From the NCBI RefSeq assembly GCF_006345805.1, contig NC_043011.1, positions 44,156,464 to 44,220,463 of the forward strand: a stretch of 64,000 nucleotides of DNA. The letters run 5' to 3'. Of the stretch, positions 25,402 to 38,950 are shown one piece after another. The translations under genes and the position numbers were made by a program. The DNA is from Octopus sinensis (taxonomy: Eukaryota). Each line of letters begins with the position of its first letter. Position 1 is the first letter of the stretch. The notes under the pieces were generated by a model. That model was not told where the DNA came from and ran no database searches. It saw only the letters and a list, made by a program, of their open reading frames with translations.

Positions 25402-25815
25402 ATAAACTTTGCATTTTTGTATTGGGCACTTGTATTAAATATACAGCAGAAGACGATAGGCTTGAAATATCAGAGACTTTCCCATTTTCTCTGATCATCA
25501 AATTAACTCATTGCCTGCCATGAGCCCCTTTTGGGGATCGGCTAAAAACAGTCTCACTGCCATTGTTTGTTGTATTTAAAGTGAATTGCTTATATACATG
25601 GCATTTGCAGAGGTGTGTTTAACAATAATTAGTTGTTAAAGTTTGTCGTTATTAGCTCTGGCCAATTCTAGAGGACATTTTATGTCATAAATTGCAATTT
25701 TTGAACTACAAAAATATTGACTGTTTTGAAATTTCCTATCATTGATATTTCTTACACATTCACATTTGATACTATAGTTTCGAAAAAGCTAAAATGTTTA
25801 TTATTGTAATTGAAT

Positions 25816-26108
25816 GTGGAGGTGCAGTGGCCCAGTGGTTAGGGCAGCGGACTCGCGGTCAGAGGATCGTGGTTTCGATTCCCAGACTGGTCGTTGTGTC
25901 TGCTTATTGAGCGAAAACACCTAAAGCTCCACAAGGCTCCGGTAGGGAGGTGGTGGCAACTCCTGTTGTACTCTCTCGCCCCAACTTTCTCTTCCTGCAA
26001 TGGATTGGCGTCCCGTCCAGCTGGGGGGAACACATACGCCACAGAAACAGTGAAACCAGGCCCATGAGCCTGGCTAGGCTTGGAAAGGGCGCATAAATAA
26101 AAAAGAAA
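25816..26108 (+). mobile_element. SINE with family B head and V-SINE-like body
   Basis: Head as family B, then gatggattggcgtcccgtccagctgggg; perfect 14-bp TSD tattgtaattgaat (25802-25815 / 26109-26122). Confidence 0.88.
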
Positions 26109-27395
26109 TATTGTAATTGAATAGAAAAGGATAAATATGCATTTTTTTTTTTCCAGCAATCCCCATTTGGGACTTTTCAAAAAATTCATCATAATTTCCA
26201 AGATAATTCATATATGAAGAAAATTTATAAACTATACATTATTTTAACTCCTAAAACACCTGGCAAAGCCAAAAGATCTGAATAAAAAAATTTGGCAGTT
26301 AATGGGTTAATACACCTTGTTTGTTGCTCCCTCATTTGTCTGTGTCTTTTGAGTTTTGTGCAGTTTTGACCCATACACACACACACACATAACCCTTTAA
26401 TGCTGACTGTCAGTAAAAAAGAGTACTAAACACCATAGTAGAGACTAATAATATATTTTATTTTGGTCAAGTCAAATCTTTTGTTACTCTGATTTTCACC
26501 CATGGCTGCATAGGATCTTCTGGCAAGTTATAAAAGTCATAACTTGTGTGAAGCTCCTGTGCACCCACAGAATGGTATGGGACTGTCCCAAACAAAATAA
26601 CACACACACACACACACATACACATATATACACACGCATAGGCACAGGCATGGCTGTGTGGTAAAAAACTTGCTTCCTGACCACTTGGTTCTGGTTTCAG
26701 TTCCACTGCATGGCATCTTGAGCAAGTATCATATCTTCTACTATATCCTTGAGCTGATCAAAGCTTTGTGTGTGTGTGTGTGTGAAGGTACATGGCTCAG
26801 TGATTGAATTGTTGGGCTCACAATCATGAGGGAATGAGTTCTATTCCTGGACTGGGCTGCATGTTGTGTTCTTGAGCAAGACACTTTATTTCTTGTTGCT
26901 CCAATTCTCTCAGCTTTAGAAATGTGTTGTGATATCACTGGTGCCAAGCTGTATCGGCCTTTGCCTTTCCCTTGGATAACATCAGTGGTGTAGAGAGGGG
27001 AGGCTGGTATCCATGGGTGACTGCTGGTCTTCCATAAACAACCTTGCCCAGACTTGTGCCTTGGAGGGTAACTTTCTTAGTGCAATCCCATGGTCATTCA
27101 TGATCGAGGGGGTATCTCTTTATACACACACACACACAGAGTTTGGAAGGTTTATGTTTGTGTATGTACTTGAATGCTTTTGTACTGTTGCTCTTGTGGC
27201 CAATACAAAACGAGTCTTTATTAATGTTATTCTTATCCACACCTGCTCCTTCCTCTCAATGCACAATTTTATACACGCTATTGTCTATCCACAAGCTCCC
27301 TGCTGCTCCCATATATACACACACACACACACACTGCACAACACCCCTACAGCTATCTTCCAGTCTCCCAGACTTTCCAATGTTGTCCCTTTCAG

Positions 27396-27516
27396 ATGCA
27401 AGAACTTGAGAACGACAACGACAGGATGAAACGAGAAATCGGCAACTTGATGAATGCGTTGTCCAAAACTCCCAAATATGAGGAAGGAACCACAGAGGCT
27501 GGCAAAGCCTTTAAAA
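27396..27516 (+). CDS. Myo5: Myosin V exon: coiled coil (MQELENDNDRMKREIGNLMNALSKTPKYEEGTTEAGKAFK)
   Basis: tgttgtccctttcag| ... aaaa|gtcagt; phase 0 to 1; QELENDN corresponds to RQELESENKKLK. Confidence 0.9.
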
Positions 27517-28029
27517 GTCAGTATCACCTCTAGTTCTTGGATCTTCTTTGTCTCTCCTCCCTCCTTCTCTTTCTTCTCCCTCTTCTACTCTCTCTCTCTC
27601 CTCTTTCCCACCTTTTTTCACTTCACACTCTGCTTGCTCTCCCTTTCTTGCTCTCTTTCTTCCCTTGAACCATTTTAATATATGTCTGTCTGTCTGTCTG
27701 CACTCTCTCCATAAAATTGCAATCTTCTGCTAAATTTAGAAATAATCATCATCATCATCAGCAACATCATCATCATGCTGGCAGAATCATAAGCTTGCCG
27801 AATAAAATTCTTAGCAGCATTATGTCTGTCCTTGCACGCTGAGGTTGACTTTGCCTTTCATGTTTCTGGGGTCAATATGATAAGCAGTTGTGTACTGGGA
27901 CTGGTGTAATCAACTGCCCCCAACCCACCAAATCTCAGGCCTTGTGCAAATGATAGAAAGGATCGTTATTATTATTATGATTATTATTATTATTGAAAAT
28001 GTCTCACAGTATCCAAATCAAAGTTCCAC

Positions 28030-28285
28030 AACACCCTACACAGCTAATTAGGGCTACACAATAAAATTAGCCCTTTGCTATGGTCAGCCTCTGTAGCGCT
28101 ACATGGCAATTTTAAGCTACATAATAAGATTAGCCTTGTACCTTTATAGCTCTACATAGCAAATTAGGGCTACACAACAGGATTAAACTTGTAACTACAT
28201 CACTCTATATAGCTAATTAGGGCTACTCAAAGGCATTAGCCCTGTGCCTTTCTAGCTCCCACATAGCTAATATGGGCTACATGAT
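28030..28285. repeat. Degenerate minisatellite (agctaattagggctaca motif)
   Basis: Motif recurs about every 55-60 bp. Confidence 0.7.
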
Positions 28286-28839
28286 ATTGAGCAAATTACT
28301 GTGACAAATATAAAAACGTGACGTATATTTGCCATTTAAATATGGCTAACCCCTAAGGGTGGATGCTACTGCAGTTTGTAGCCCCAGGAGGACACCTCCT
28401 CCAGCTGGCTATAGACACACTTTCTGTGCTCTATCAGTATTTGCAAAGGGAAGCCATCCTTCCCGTCTTCAACTTATGATACACACGGACTCGAGTTTCT
28501 TGGTTTTGACCCATCATCGGTGTGTGACAATCACAGTTGTCGATGAAAAGTAGGTTCCCTTCACAAATACATATCCTTTTTCCAGTATGGTACAGACACT
28601 GATATCAAAAAAAGTGTAAAAACGTCTTGATGATAAATGACTTGAATGCCTTTGGTCACAGCTCAGCAGGATCAATCAACACCTGTGATTGTCTTAACTC
28701 TACTTCCTGACAACGACAACAACAACAACATTATCTAAACTGTTTGCCTGTCTTTACTTTGTGATTTTCTTCATTTTCTTTTTCTCTTTTTTTATTTTTT
28801 GCTCTTTCTGTCTATCTGTATTTCTGTCATTCTATCATC

Positions 28840-28947
28840 TTTCTATCTATGTATCTGTTTGTCTCTTTGCCCGTCTACTCACCTATCTATCTCTCTCTCT
28901 ATCTATCTTTCAATGTATGTATGTATGTATGTTTGTATGTATATATG

Positions 28948-28979
<32 letters not shown>

Positions 28980-29031
28980 CATCTTTCTATGTATGTATGT
29001 ATGTATGTATGTTTGTATGTATGTATGTATG

Positions 29032-29076
<45 letters not shown>

Positions 29077-29429
29077 CTCTATCTATCTATCTTTGTATGT
29101 ATGTATGTATGTATCTATCTGTCTGTCTATCTATCTCTCTGTTTATCTATCTGCCTATTTATCTATCTATTTATATATCTATCTATTTATTCTTTATCTA
29201 TCTATCTATCTATCTTACTACATATTTATGTCTCTATCTATCTACCTATCTATCTCTCTATTTATCTATCTGTCTATCTTTAGCTCTCTGTCTATCTCTA
29301 TTTATCTATCTGTCTGTTTATCCATCTATCTATCTGTCTATCTATCTATCTTTATCTGTTTGTCTTTCTATCTATCTGTCTATTTATCTATCTATGTATG
29401 TATCTATCTATCTTCTGTCTGTCTATCTG

Positions 29430-29466
<37 letters not shown>

Positions 29467-29670
29467 ATCTATTTGTTTTTCCTTTAACTCTATTTCTGTC
29501 ATTTTGTCATTTTTCTATGTATCTATCTGTTCGTGTCTTTCTGTCTGTCTGTTATTTGCCTTGTATCTACCTCTCTATCCACTTGTCTATCTAGCTATCT
29601 GTCTATTTATCTATCTGTCTTTCTGTTTGTCTATCTATCTTTCTATCTATATATGTCTATCTATCTGTAT
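28840..29670. repeat. Compound (CTAT)n/(GTAT)n/(CTGT)n microsatellite, ~830 bp
   Basis: Direct reading; source of the 277-aa and 308-aa LSIY ORFs. Confidence 0.97.
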
Positions 29671-29813
29671 ATCCTTCTTTCCTTCCCCTTTCTTTTTCCA
29701 CCCTGCCCATCCATTTACTGAATGACTTATATAACTCTCCCCTTTCCTTAACCCTATACACCCACCCCACTAACCGTAACATCATCTTTAATATAAATAA
29801 TTCTTCTCTCCAG

Positions 29814-30000
29814 ACCAATACGACACAATGGTGGAAGAACTTGACCGGCGCCGGTCCGAGATATTATTCATCAAAAGCATCTGGCTTGGTGACAATATTG
29901 AGAAGAAAGACGAAGTCCACAACAAACCGCGTGGCGGCGAAGAACTGAGTGAAGAGGAGGAGTTGAAGACAGCCTTTGAGTTCCACCAGAAGTTGAACAG
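29814..30000 (+). CDS. Myo5: Myosin V exon: medial tail (QYDTMVEELDRRRSEILFIKSIWL...ELKTAFEFHQKLNR)
   Basis: ttcttctctccag| ... acag|gttaga; phase 1 to 2; EELDRRRSEIL corresponds to EELDVRKEEVL, and KLNR to ETNR. Confidence 0.9.
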
Positions 30001-31489
30001 GTTAGACAAACAGCAGATTCCATTTTTAATGCGGGGGGTGAAGAGTGTTGTGTATGTGTGTTCATGTGTACCTGTTCTTCTATGTGGTCATCCTCACACT
30101 GTCCAAATGTTTCAGTGACCATCAACCTGGTGGTTGTGTCTCCATTTTTTCAAGCTGTTTCCTCACCAGCCTCTCCTGCACACAAGCAGAAACAGACATG
30201 CACTCAGACACACACACACACGCGCATGTGCACATGCATGCATGCATGTTTTCACATTAACTGGTACTTATTTCATTGCCCCCCCCCCCCCCCAAAGGAT
30301 AAAAGGCAAATTTGACCTCGGCAGAATTTGAACTCAGAACGTCAAGGCAGACAAAATGCTGCTAAGCATTTCGCATGGTGTGCTAACAGTTCTGCCAGCT
30401 CGCCACCTTTTAATAATAATAATCCTTTCTGCTAAAGGCACAAAACCTGAAACATGAGATGAGGGGCCTACTCAATTACATCAACCCCTGGTGTTTCACT
30501 GGTTCTCAATTTATCGACCCTCCCCTCCAACGCACACACATACACATTCACATTGACACTCATACAGGAGTCTTCCAGAGAAGTTAGTGTATGTCTGTGT
30601 ATGACAAGTAGAGGTTTAAATTGTCTAAACCTACCCGGGTTGAGGGAGACATAGAAAAATGATGATGATGATAGTCGTCATCATCATCATCATTTAATGT
30701 CTGCTTCCCATGATTGAATGGGTTGGATGATTTAACTGAGGACTGGCGAACCAGATGGCTGCACCAGGCTCCAATCTGATCTGGCAGAGTTTCTACAGCT
30801 GGATGCCCTGCCTAACACCAACCACTCCGAGAGTGTAGTGGGTGCTTTTACGTGCCACTGGCACGAGGGCCAGCCAGGCGGCACTGGCAACAGCCATGCT
30901 CAAATGGTGTTTTTTATGTGCCACCCACTGGCAACGACCTTGCTTTAAAGGTTTTTTCATGTGCTACTGGCACAAGTGCCAGTAAGGCGACAGTGGTAAC
31001 AATCCCGCAGTACTTGACTGCTACTTAATTCATTAGTAAATCTGAAATCCCTCCACCCACTACAACCAATAAAGTCCCTGCTTTCTTCAAAACAGGCATC
31101 ACTTAAGTTACCTTAATCCCTATTACCTTTTAAGATCGTCGGATTGAACATTTTAGGCCAAACCTACAGCTTCGTTTGAAAAGCATAAGATATCACCGGT
31201 TGTCATAGTTACTAAGTCCCCAAATAGCCTGACATTAGAGCAACCTGGATTACATGAAGGGCAAGAGGACAGTAATTTATTTAAATGATAATTCTAAATT
31301 CATTTTTAATCTGATCCTAACTCAGTAAGGTAGATTAGAAATGTATTGCAAATGTCATGGGTCACTTGCCTAGCAGAACCATCTGGGGTTTCCATTCCAG
31401 TCAGCCATTGTCTTGTAGGGTGAAACCTCATGTTGCTACCTTTTGTGATGATCATAGGGTTACCTGCACACTTGAGGTAATTATAGTGT

Positions 31490-31740
31490 TTAGGGGTAGG
31501 GGTTCTATTGTATGTAGGCCTTATCTATCTACCCTAGCTAATTACTAGGTGGATGGGGTGCTATCATTGTTGTAAGCCTTACCTATCTACCCTGGCTAAT
31601 TACAGGGTGGATGGGACGCTATCATGGTTGTATGCCTTACCTATCTACCCTGGCTAATTACAGGGTGGATGGGGCTCTATTGTGGTTGTAAGCTTTTCTG
31701 TTAAACCCTAGCTTAATTACAAGGTGGACAAGGTACGATT
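31490..31740. repeat. 58-bp minisatellite, about 4 copies
   Basis: Unit ggtggatggggtgctatcattgttgtaagccttacctatctaccctggctaattaca; period 58. Confidence 0.9.
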
Positions 31741-32322
31741 GTGATTGGGTAAATAACCCTTGTTATTGGCCCTTTGGTGGAATCTTTTAAATTTAATGGA
31801 AGGGGTATATAGTTGATTATTGTGACCCTTGGGCATCACCGGTCCTTATTTTAAACTTGACTTTGGCAGAATTGGGAATTAAAATGTAAACAGTCACCTA
31901 CAGTCACCACCAAGTATTCTGTTTGATGCCCTTACAGTCCCCTTGACTGCCAAAAACAAAAGGGTTTATAAGCTAAAATCATGACTTTTCTAAGGATGTT
32001 TGTGCCTCTGTCTAATTATATATGAGTGTATATGTGCATCTGTGTTGCTGTCTGTGTCTCCATATGCATGTATATATGTGTGTGTTTATGTTTCTGCATT
32101 ATCCCTTATGTACATCTCTGCATCTGAATCACTGAACATCTAATTCCTTTTTCTTTTTTTTGCTATTTCTTGTGTATAGAAAAGCAAAACATTTCAATCA
32201 TTTTTTTTTTTGTCGAATATATAATATCATTATCAATATTATTGTATATTCCGGATACTACAAGTTGAATTTTTCTGACTCAAGATTCACAACCCAAAAT
32301 GCTAGGGCAACCTACACATGTA

Positions 32323-32484
32323 GGTGCAGGAGTGGCTGTGTGGTAAGTAGCTTGTTTACCAACCACACGGTTCCGGGTTCAGTCCCACTGCGTGGCACCT
32401 TGGGCAAGTGTCTTCTACTATAGCCTCGGGCCGACCAAAGCCTTGTGAATGGATTTGGTAGACGGAAACTGAAAGAAGCCCGTC

Positions 32485-32537
<53 letters not shown>

Positions 32538-32750
32538 GTGTGTGTATGTTTGTATGTCTGTGTTTGTCCCCCTACATCGCTTGACAACCAATGCTGGTGT
32601 GTTTATGTCCCCGTCACTTAGCGGTTCGGCAAAAGAGACCGATAGAATAAGTACTGGGCTTACAAAGAATAAGTCCGGGGTCGAGTTGCTCGATTAAAGG
32701 CGGTGCTCCAGCATGGCCGCAGTCAACTGACTGAAACAAGTAAAAGAGTA
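32323..32750 (+). mobile_element. SINE family D, full length, with internal (TA)n
   Basis: Head ggagtggctgtgtggtaagtagcttg...gggttcagtccc; copies near 38745, 49800(-), 50275, 57305(-), 58905 (3' half). Confidence 0.9.
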
Positions 32751-33013
32751 TGTACACCAAGACAATTTCCAAGAACCAAAAATTCCATGTGAAATGCAAC
32801 AGGGTTTAGAAAGACAGCAAATGGCATTTTAACACTTACGCTACATGTTTATATGCTAAGTACTACATCAACTTGTATACCGGAAAATGCAATATTATTG
32901 TTGCTGCTTTTGTCGTTGTTGTTGTTTTTTGCCACATTTACTAAAAGCCACTGCTAGCAAAATGGATCTGTCTATTAACACAGCTGCTATATCTTGCATG
33001 CCGTTCTTTATAG

Positions 33014-33068
33014 GCCAGATAACACATCTGCACCGCCGCCACCGTCCCCACAACAACAACAACAAGAG
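33014..33068 (+). CDS. Candidate myosin V tail exon (PDNTSAPPPPSPQQQQQE)
   Basis: gccgttctttatag| ... gag|gtaaac; phase 2 to 0 bridges exon 29814-30000 to exon 49068 in frame. No homology support. Confidence 0.5.
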
Positions 33069-34084
33069 GTAAACAACGGCGACGTTTGCTGCACACATCA
33101 CAACCATGATTGTGAGGCAGAGCTCAATGACTTCACACAACAGATCAGGTGACTGCTTCTCGGTGCCCTGTCAGACTTCCTCTCATCCTCTTTTACCTTT
33201 TACTCTTCCTCTTGTTGCTGCTGATGATGATGATGATGATTATTGTTATGATTTAATCTATACTCTACCTGTTTACCTTTCCCCCTCCCTCTCTTCCCCT
33301 CTCTCTTGTCTTACCCCTTCCCCCCCCCCCCACCGACCACTTTTATCTTTATTTTTTGTTCTTTCTTCCTCTCCAAATTGTTCTGTTTTTTTTTTCCTTC
33401 CTTACTGCTGTTGTTTCTTTAACTTCTTCAAGTATGTCATCGCTGCTACATGTTGGTGCATCAACAATGCCACCACTGACTGCTACATGTTTGTGCAACA
33501 CCTCCACCACTGCCACTACTACTACTAATGTTATATATTGGTGCCCCATTGACTTCTACATGTTGGTGTGCCAACACCAACACTGATTGCTACATGTTTG
33601 TATATCATCAGTACTACTGCTGATTGTTACATGTTGGTGAAACAGTGCCATTATTGCTGACTGCTTCATGTTGGTATGTCAACACCATTATAGCAACTCC
33701 ATGTTGGTGTACCAATATCACTGACTATTACATTTCAATGTGCTAGTATCCCTACCGATGGCTACATGTCTATGTATCATTGACACTGACTGCTACATGT
33801 TGATATATATATATATATAGTCGATTACATTGACCCTAGTATGAAACTGGTGCTTACTTTATCAACCCTGAAAGGATGAAAGGCAAAGTCAACCTCAGCA
33901 GAATTTGAACTCAGAACATGAAAACAGATGAAATACCACTAAGCATTTCAGCCATGTTCACCTGCCCTTCCTGGGAGGGTTTTGGGGGTTGAGTCCTAAG
34001 GCACCTCTTCGACAGGGTCGTATCAAAAGCAAATGTCATTAGACTTCCCAAATGGATTCTCAAATGGGATCAAATGAGACAATG

Positions 34085-34565
34085 GATATTCTTTTCAACT
34101 CTAGATACAAGGCCCTAAAATTTGGGGGAAGGGAGCCAGTTGATTAGATTGACCCCAGTATGCAACTGGTACTTAATTTATCGACCCCAAAAGGATGAAA
34201 GGCAAAGTCAACCTCAGCGGAATTTTAACTCAGAACATAAAGATGGACAAAATATCACTAAGCATTTCACCCAGCATGCTAATGTTTCTTATTTCTTTAT
34301 TGCCCAGAAGGGGCTAAACATAGAGGGAACAAACAAGGACAGACAAAGGGTTTAAGTCGATTACATCGACCCCAGTGCATAACTGGTACTCAATTTATCA
34401 ACCCCGTAAAGATGAAAGGCAAAGTCGACCTTGGCGGAATTTGAACTCAGAACGTAACAGCAGACGAAATACCGCTAAGCATTTTGCCCGGTATGCTAAC
34501 GATTCTGCCAGCTTGCCACCTTAACATTTCACCTGGCATGCTAACATTTCTGCCAGCTTGCCGCC
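34085..34565 (-). mobile_element. Head-to-tail dimer of SINE family A
   Basis: Two cores (aaggatgaaaggcaaagtc at ~34190 and ~34410) joined by the same junction as at ~42565. Confidence 0.85.
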
Positions 34566-35973
34566 TTAGATGAGACAATGGATATTATCCAACCATCTCA
34601 TTCCTGGTTTAACCCTAGGTCTCCTGTCGGTTGGCTCGGCTTGAAGAATCTTTCTTGCAATTGTTTCCTGCGAGATGCTAATAACACGTCTGTTGTACAG
34701 GAACAGTGGCCTCTCGTGATATTAAGCTCTCTTCTGCTGGCAATTTTTCTCTCTTCGAGTGAAAATCTTAGCAATTAATTCATAATCTTTAATAATAATA
34801 ATAATAATAACGACGATCTGGTTGGGTGTGTTTCTCAATTATCTCTGAATAGCTTGGACGTTTTTAAGAATTCGTTTCATTCCTCCACCCCACTCCACCC
34901 AGCATTTCTACATTCTTCCTCCACCCATCGACGACGACGACCACCACCACCACCACAACAACAACAAGATCAACTGACTCAGTTCTTACTGATTTCTTTC
35001 TTTCTCTTCATTTTCACACCCAAAGCTTCCAGAATCTCTCCTGATTCTTACTTTCCTTCTACTACTACTACTGCTACTACTTTTTATGCTGTCATGACTA
35101 ACAGTATTACTACTACCACTACTATTACTATTAACCACTACTATTACTAACTACTACTACTACTACCTGTTTTATATTATATAGCACCAGTAGGGGGGCC
35201 AGTGGCCTTCCCAGGCAGTAAGAGTGGAGTGTATATAAGAAAGGTGTATAAGGTAATAAGCTTTTGTAGTAGCTGTAGGAGATATAGGGAGCAGATACAT
35301 GATGGCTGTGAATCAGTTGCTATGGATACAGATTCAGTAGGTGAACGAACCTTTGTCCATCTGCCAAGTGGCCTTCTTTTTGGATGTTGTCCAGGTTGTT
35401 TGTGCGTATGAATACACACATATACATAAAATTAGTAAGCTTTGAGCAGCCTGTCGAAGGTATAAAACACAACTTTCAGGAACAATATCCATTTATTGAC
35501 TTAGAAGGCTGTAAATTTTTTCCCATATTGAAGTTTGATAAGTCAAAAAAAAGGTATTTTATAGTTGACAGTTAGCAACTGGGGTTGCTGTGTATGCAGA
35601 TAAAAATCTAAATTTACTAAATTCGGATATATACTATATATAGCACTTGTTTTGAAATCTGTACTAACACTATCAGTCTTTTTTACCAAATCACTAAGTT
35701 AATGAGAGGTAAAAAAAACCAACACAGGTTGTCAAACAGCAGTGGACACACACACAGACACACACACACACACACACACATCCATACACATGACTAGCTT
35801 CTTTCAGTTTCTGTCTACCAAATTCCACTTTGAGGTTATGTTAGGAGACACTCAGATGAAACAATTGTAAATCAATGTAATAAAAGGACTTGCTCACTCC
35901 ATTCTCCTTATTTATAATTATATATGTATAGCCTTGGACCAATCAAAGTGATTTTGGTAGATGGAAGTCTGTC

Positions 35974-36009
<36 letters not shown>

Positions 36010-37429
36010 CGTACAAATACACACACACACACACACAAAAGAAATTAAGATGATAAAGGAATAAACAATTAACTTATGCACTTCATTGGCTTACTACTGT
36101 TTCTGCTATAAGATGCAATGGGCTCATAGTTGAGTGCATGAGTATCACCCTGTTGCTCCATCAGAGCCTCAGACATGAAGTTCAACTTATTGCAGAAAAC
36201 ATTTACATTTTGTGTGTGCACACATGTATATAATGTGTTTGCCTACATTTTTGTATTTTTCTTCTTATTGCTTGACAAGCTGAGTCAATTTATTTACATC
36301 TCCATATCTAACCACCCAGATACGATTTAATGCTGCTACTGCCAATGACGGCAAATTCTGCAGTTTGCCGAAGCACACCACTCGAATAAGTTCCAGACTA
36401 CAAGACTTAAAACAAGGACAGGAATCAATTTGTTTGGCTAAACCCTTCTAGGTGGTGCTCCAGCATGGCCAGCTTTCAATGAGTGAAACAATTGAAAAGG
36501 AAGAAGGAAAGGGTGTGTTTAATGCCAACGTTTGTGGGCATTAGATTCAGGATGGAGAGGTCAGAATCTGTGAGGGTTTGGGTTGTAAGTTGAGGTTAGT
36601 GTGTGTCTGTGTGTGCGTAATTGGTACTTGATTGGTTTTGACGATGGGGGTTCCAGTTGATTTGATCAATGGAACAGCCTGCTCATGAATTTAATGTGCA
36701 AGTGGCTGAGTACTCCACAGACACATGTACTGTCCACATACTTTTCAGGGAGATTCAGCGTGACACAGAATGTGACAAGGCTGGCCCTTTGAAATACACG
36801 TACAATTCATTTTTGTCAGCTGAGTGGACTGGACCAATGTGAAGTGAAATAAAGTGTCTTGCTCAAGAACACAATGCATCTCTGGGAACTGAACTCACAA
36901 TCTTATGATTGTGCGCTGAATGTCCTAACCACTAAGCCATGGGTCTTCACTGTGTGTGTGTGTGTGTGTAAAGACTGTTTGATGAGGAACGAGGTCCTCA
37001 TGTTTACTGGAAGGTGTTCCTAAGGCCCCCAATCTCTGACAGAAGGTCGAGCATGGTAGGGTGTGTGGGTGGGGTGTGGCTCGATGATGTCGCGACTGTT
37101 GGGATTACCCTGCACCCCCCCCCACCCCACGGCAAAAGGTTACGGTGGGGGTGAAATTCTGCTTTTGCTGCTGCTGCTATTTTCGCATGGCTACAATAAC
37201 TGGACTACTACTACAACTACTACTACTTCTGCTACTACTACTATCTTCCCACTTCTGCTCCTTCCGTATTCTACAGCATATATGTGTATACATACATATG
37301 TGTGTGTGTGCATGTATATATAATATTTATATCTGTTTATACATATACAGCATGTTACAATATTCCATTTGATATTGCATGCGACATTGCATCTGTAGGC
37401 TGAGATGGAAATAAGAAGCATTATTATTT

Positions 37430-37567
37430 GTTGTTTTTATCATTATTATTATCATTATTATTATTATTATCATTATTATTACTAATATTATTATTATTAT
37501 CATTATTATTATTATTATTATTATCATTATTATTATTAATATTATTAATATTATTATTATTATTATT

Positions 37568-37598
<31 letters not shown>

Positions 37599-37630
37599 TG
37601 TTATTGTTGTTGTTGTTATTTTTATTATTA
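37430..37630. repeat. (ATT)n microsatellite
   Basis: Direct reading. Confidence 0.97.
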
Positions 37631-37690
37631 TGATCAATGTGTTTATATCTGGTGACCCGTTGTATAATGTCTTCAATGTATGTATATATC

Positions 37691-37732
<42 letters not shown>

Positions 37733-37771
37733 TGTATGTTTGTATGCCATTTACAATTCCCCTATTCACAG

Positions 37772-37805
37772 CAAGCACCCTGTTGCTCAGAGTTTAACAA
37801 GTGCT
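37772..37805 (+). CDS. Candidate micro-exon (KHPVAQSLTSA), possible alternative to 33014-33068
   Basis: Acceptor ccatttacaattcccctattcacag|, donor |gtaagc; 34 nt, open in phase 2 to 0. Splice signals only. Confidence 0.35.
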
Positions 37806-38906
37806 GTAAGCTGAAAGGAAATACAACTAAACTGTCGAATAATTACTCTTTACCCGGCATTGAGTCCTCTTTCAACATGTTTATAGGATGCAACATAATA
37901 CTTACAAACAACACTACTGGAGCTGTACAGCTTCGTTTTTTTTTTTTTGTTTTTTTTTTTGTGTATATATAATTATCATAATTATTTTATTTTGCTGTGT
38001 TTGTTTTTGTCATTGTCCTGGACGTTCGTTAGTTATTCCTAGTGGCTTTTTTGCCACAGGCGCCACCAAAAAAGTGTACAATATCAACGTTAAAGGTGCA
38101 AAATTGTAAGAATCTTTTAGATGTTTACTGATGAGGAATTAGCTCTTTTACTTGTTTAAGCCACTTGACTGTGGCCATACTGGAGCACCGCCTTTAGTCA
38201 AGCAAATCGACCCCAGGATTTATTCTTTGTAAGCCTAGTACTTGTTCTACCGGTTGAATGATGATGAGAGTATTTGTTAACATTGTAGAGATTCAGTGAG
38301 TTTCTTACTAGTTTGAGTTTCATCAGGGACTTCAGGCAAGCCCTGAAGTCCCTATCCCACACACATTTCTATATTCACTTATAACTTACTTATGTGCATA
38401 AGTATATCATGGTATTGACTGGACTTTTGCATGTTGTCATACATCGCTGGTCACAGTGCGCTTTGCATTGTTTAAGCCTTTGAATGATGCCACCCTGCTA
38501 GCTAAGTAAACAGGCGAACGTTCCCCTGACCGTTGCAGGGTTATCCATTTGCAGCTGAGTAGACTGCAGTGATGTGAAATGAAGTGTTTTGCTCAAGAAC
38601 ACAATGTGTTCCCCAGTCTGGGAATTGAACTCATGATCTAGTGAGTGTGAGTGCAACACCCTAACCACTAGACCACTCGTTTTCATAACTAGGTATATAT
38701 ATATGTATGTATATATATATACACACACACACACACACATATATATATAGGTGTGGCTGTGAGGTAAGAAGCTTGCTTCCCGACCATATGGTTCCAGGTT
38801 CAGTTTCACTGCGTTACATCTTGGGCAAGTGTCTTCTACTATAGCCTTGGGCCAACCAAAGCCTTGTGAGTGGATTTGGTAGACAGAAACTGAAAGAAGC
38901 CCGTCG

Positions 38907-38950
<44 letters not shown>

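Noticed and set aside
25816-25890. tRNA-like sequence with A and B boxes
   Set aside because: It is the head of a TSD-flanked SINE; no complete acceptor stem. The same applies to the other SINE heads.
28761-29725. 277-aa and 308-aa ORFs, the longest in the track
   Set aside because: Pure (CTAT)n/(GTAT)n tetranucleotide repeat giving LSIY/MYVC periodicity.
34854-35150. ORF with RRRRPPPPPQQQQ similar to the 33014 candidate
   Set aside because: No usable donor site; composition is explained by trinucleotide repeats.
38255-38350. Possible C/D box snoRNA (atgatga ... ctga)
   Set aside because: No terminal stem, the D box is part of a separate hairpin, and I recognised no rRNA-complementary guide.
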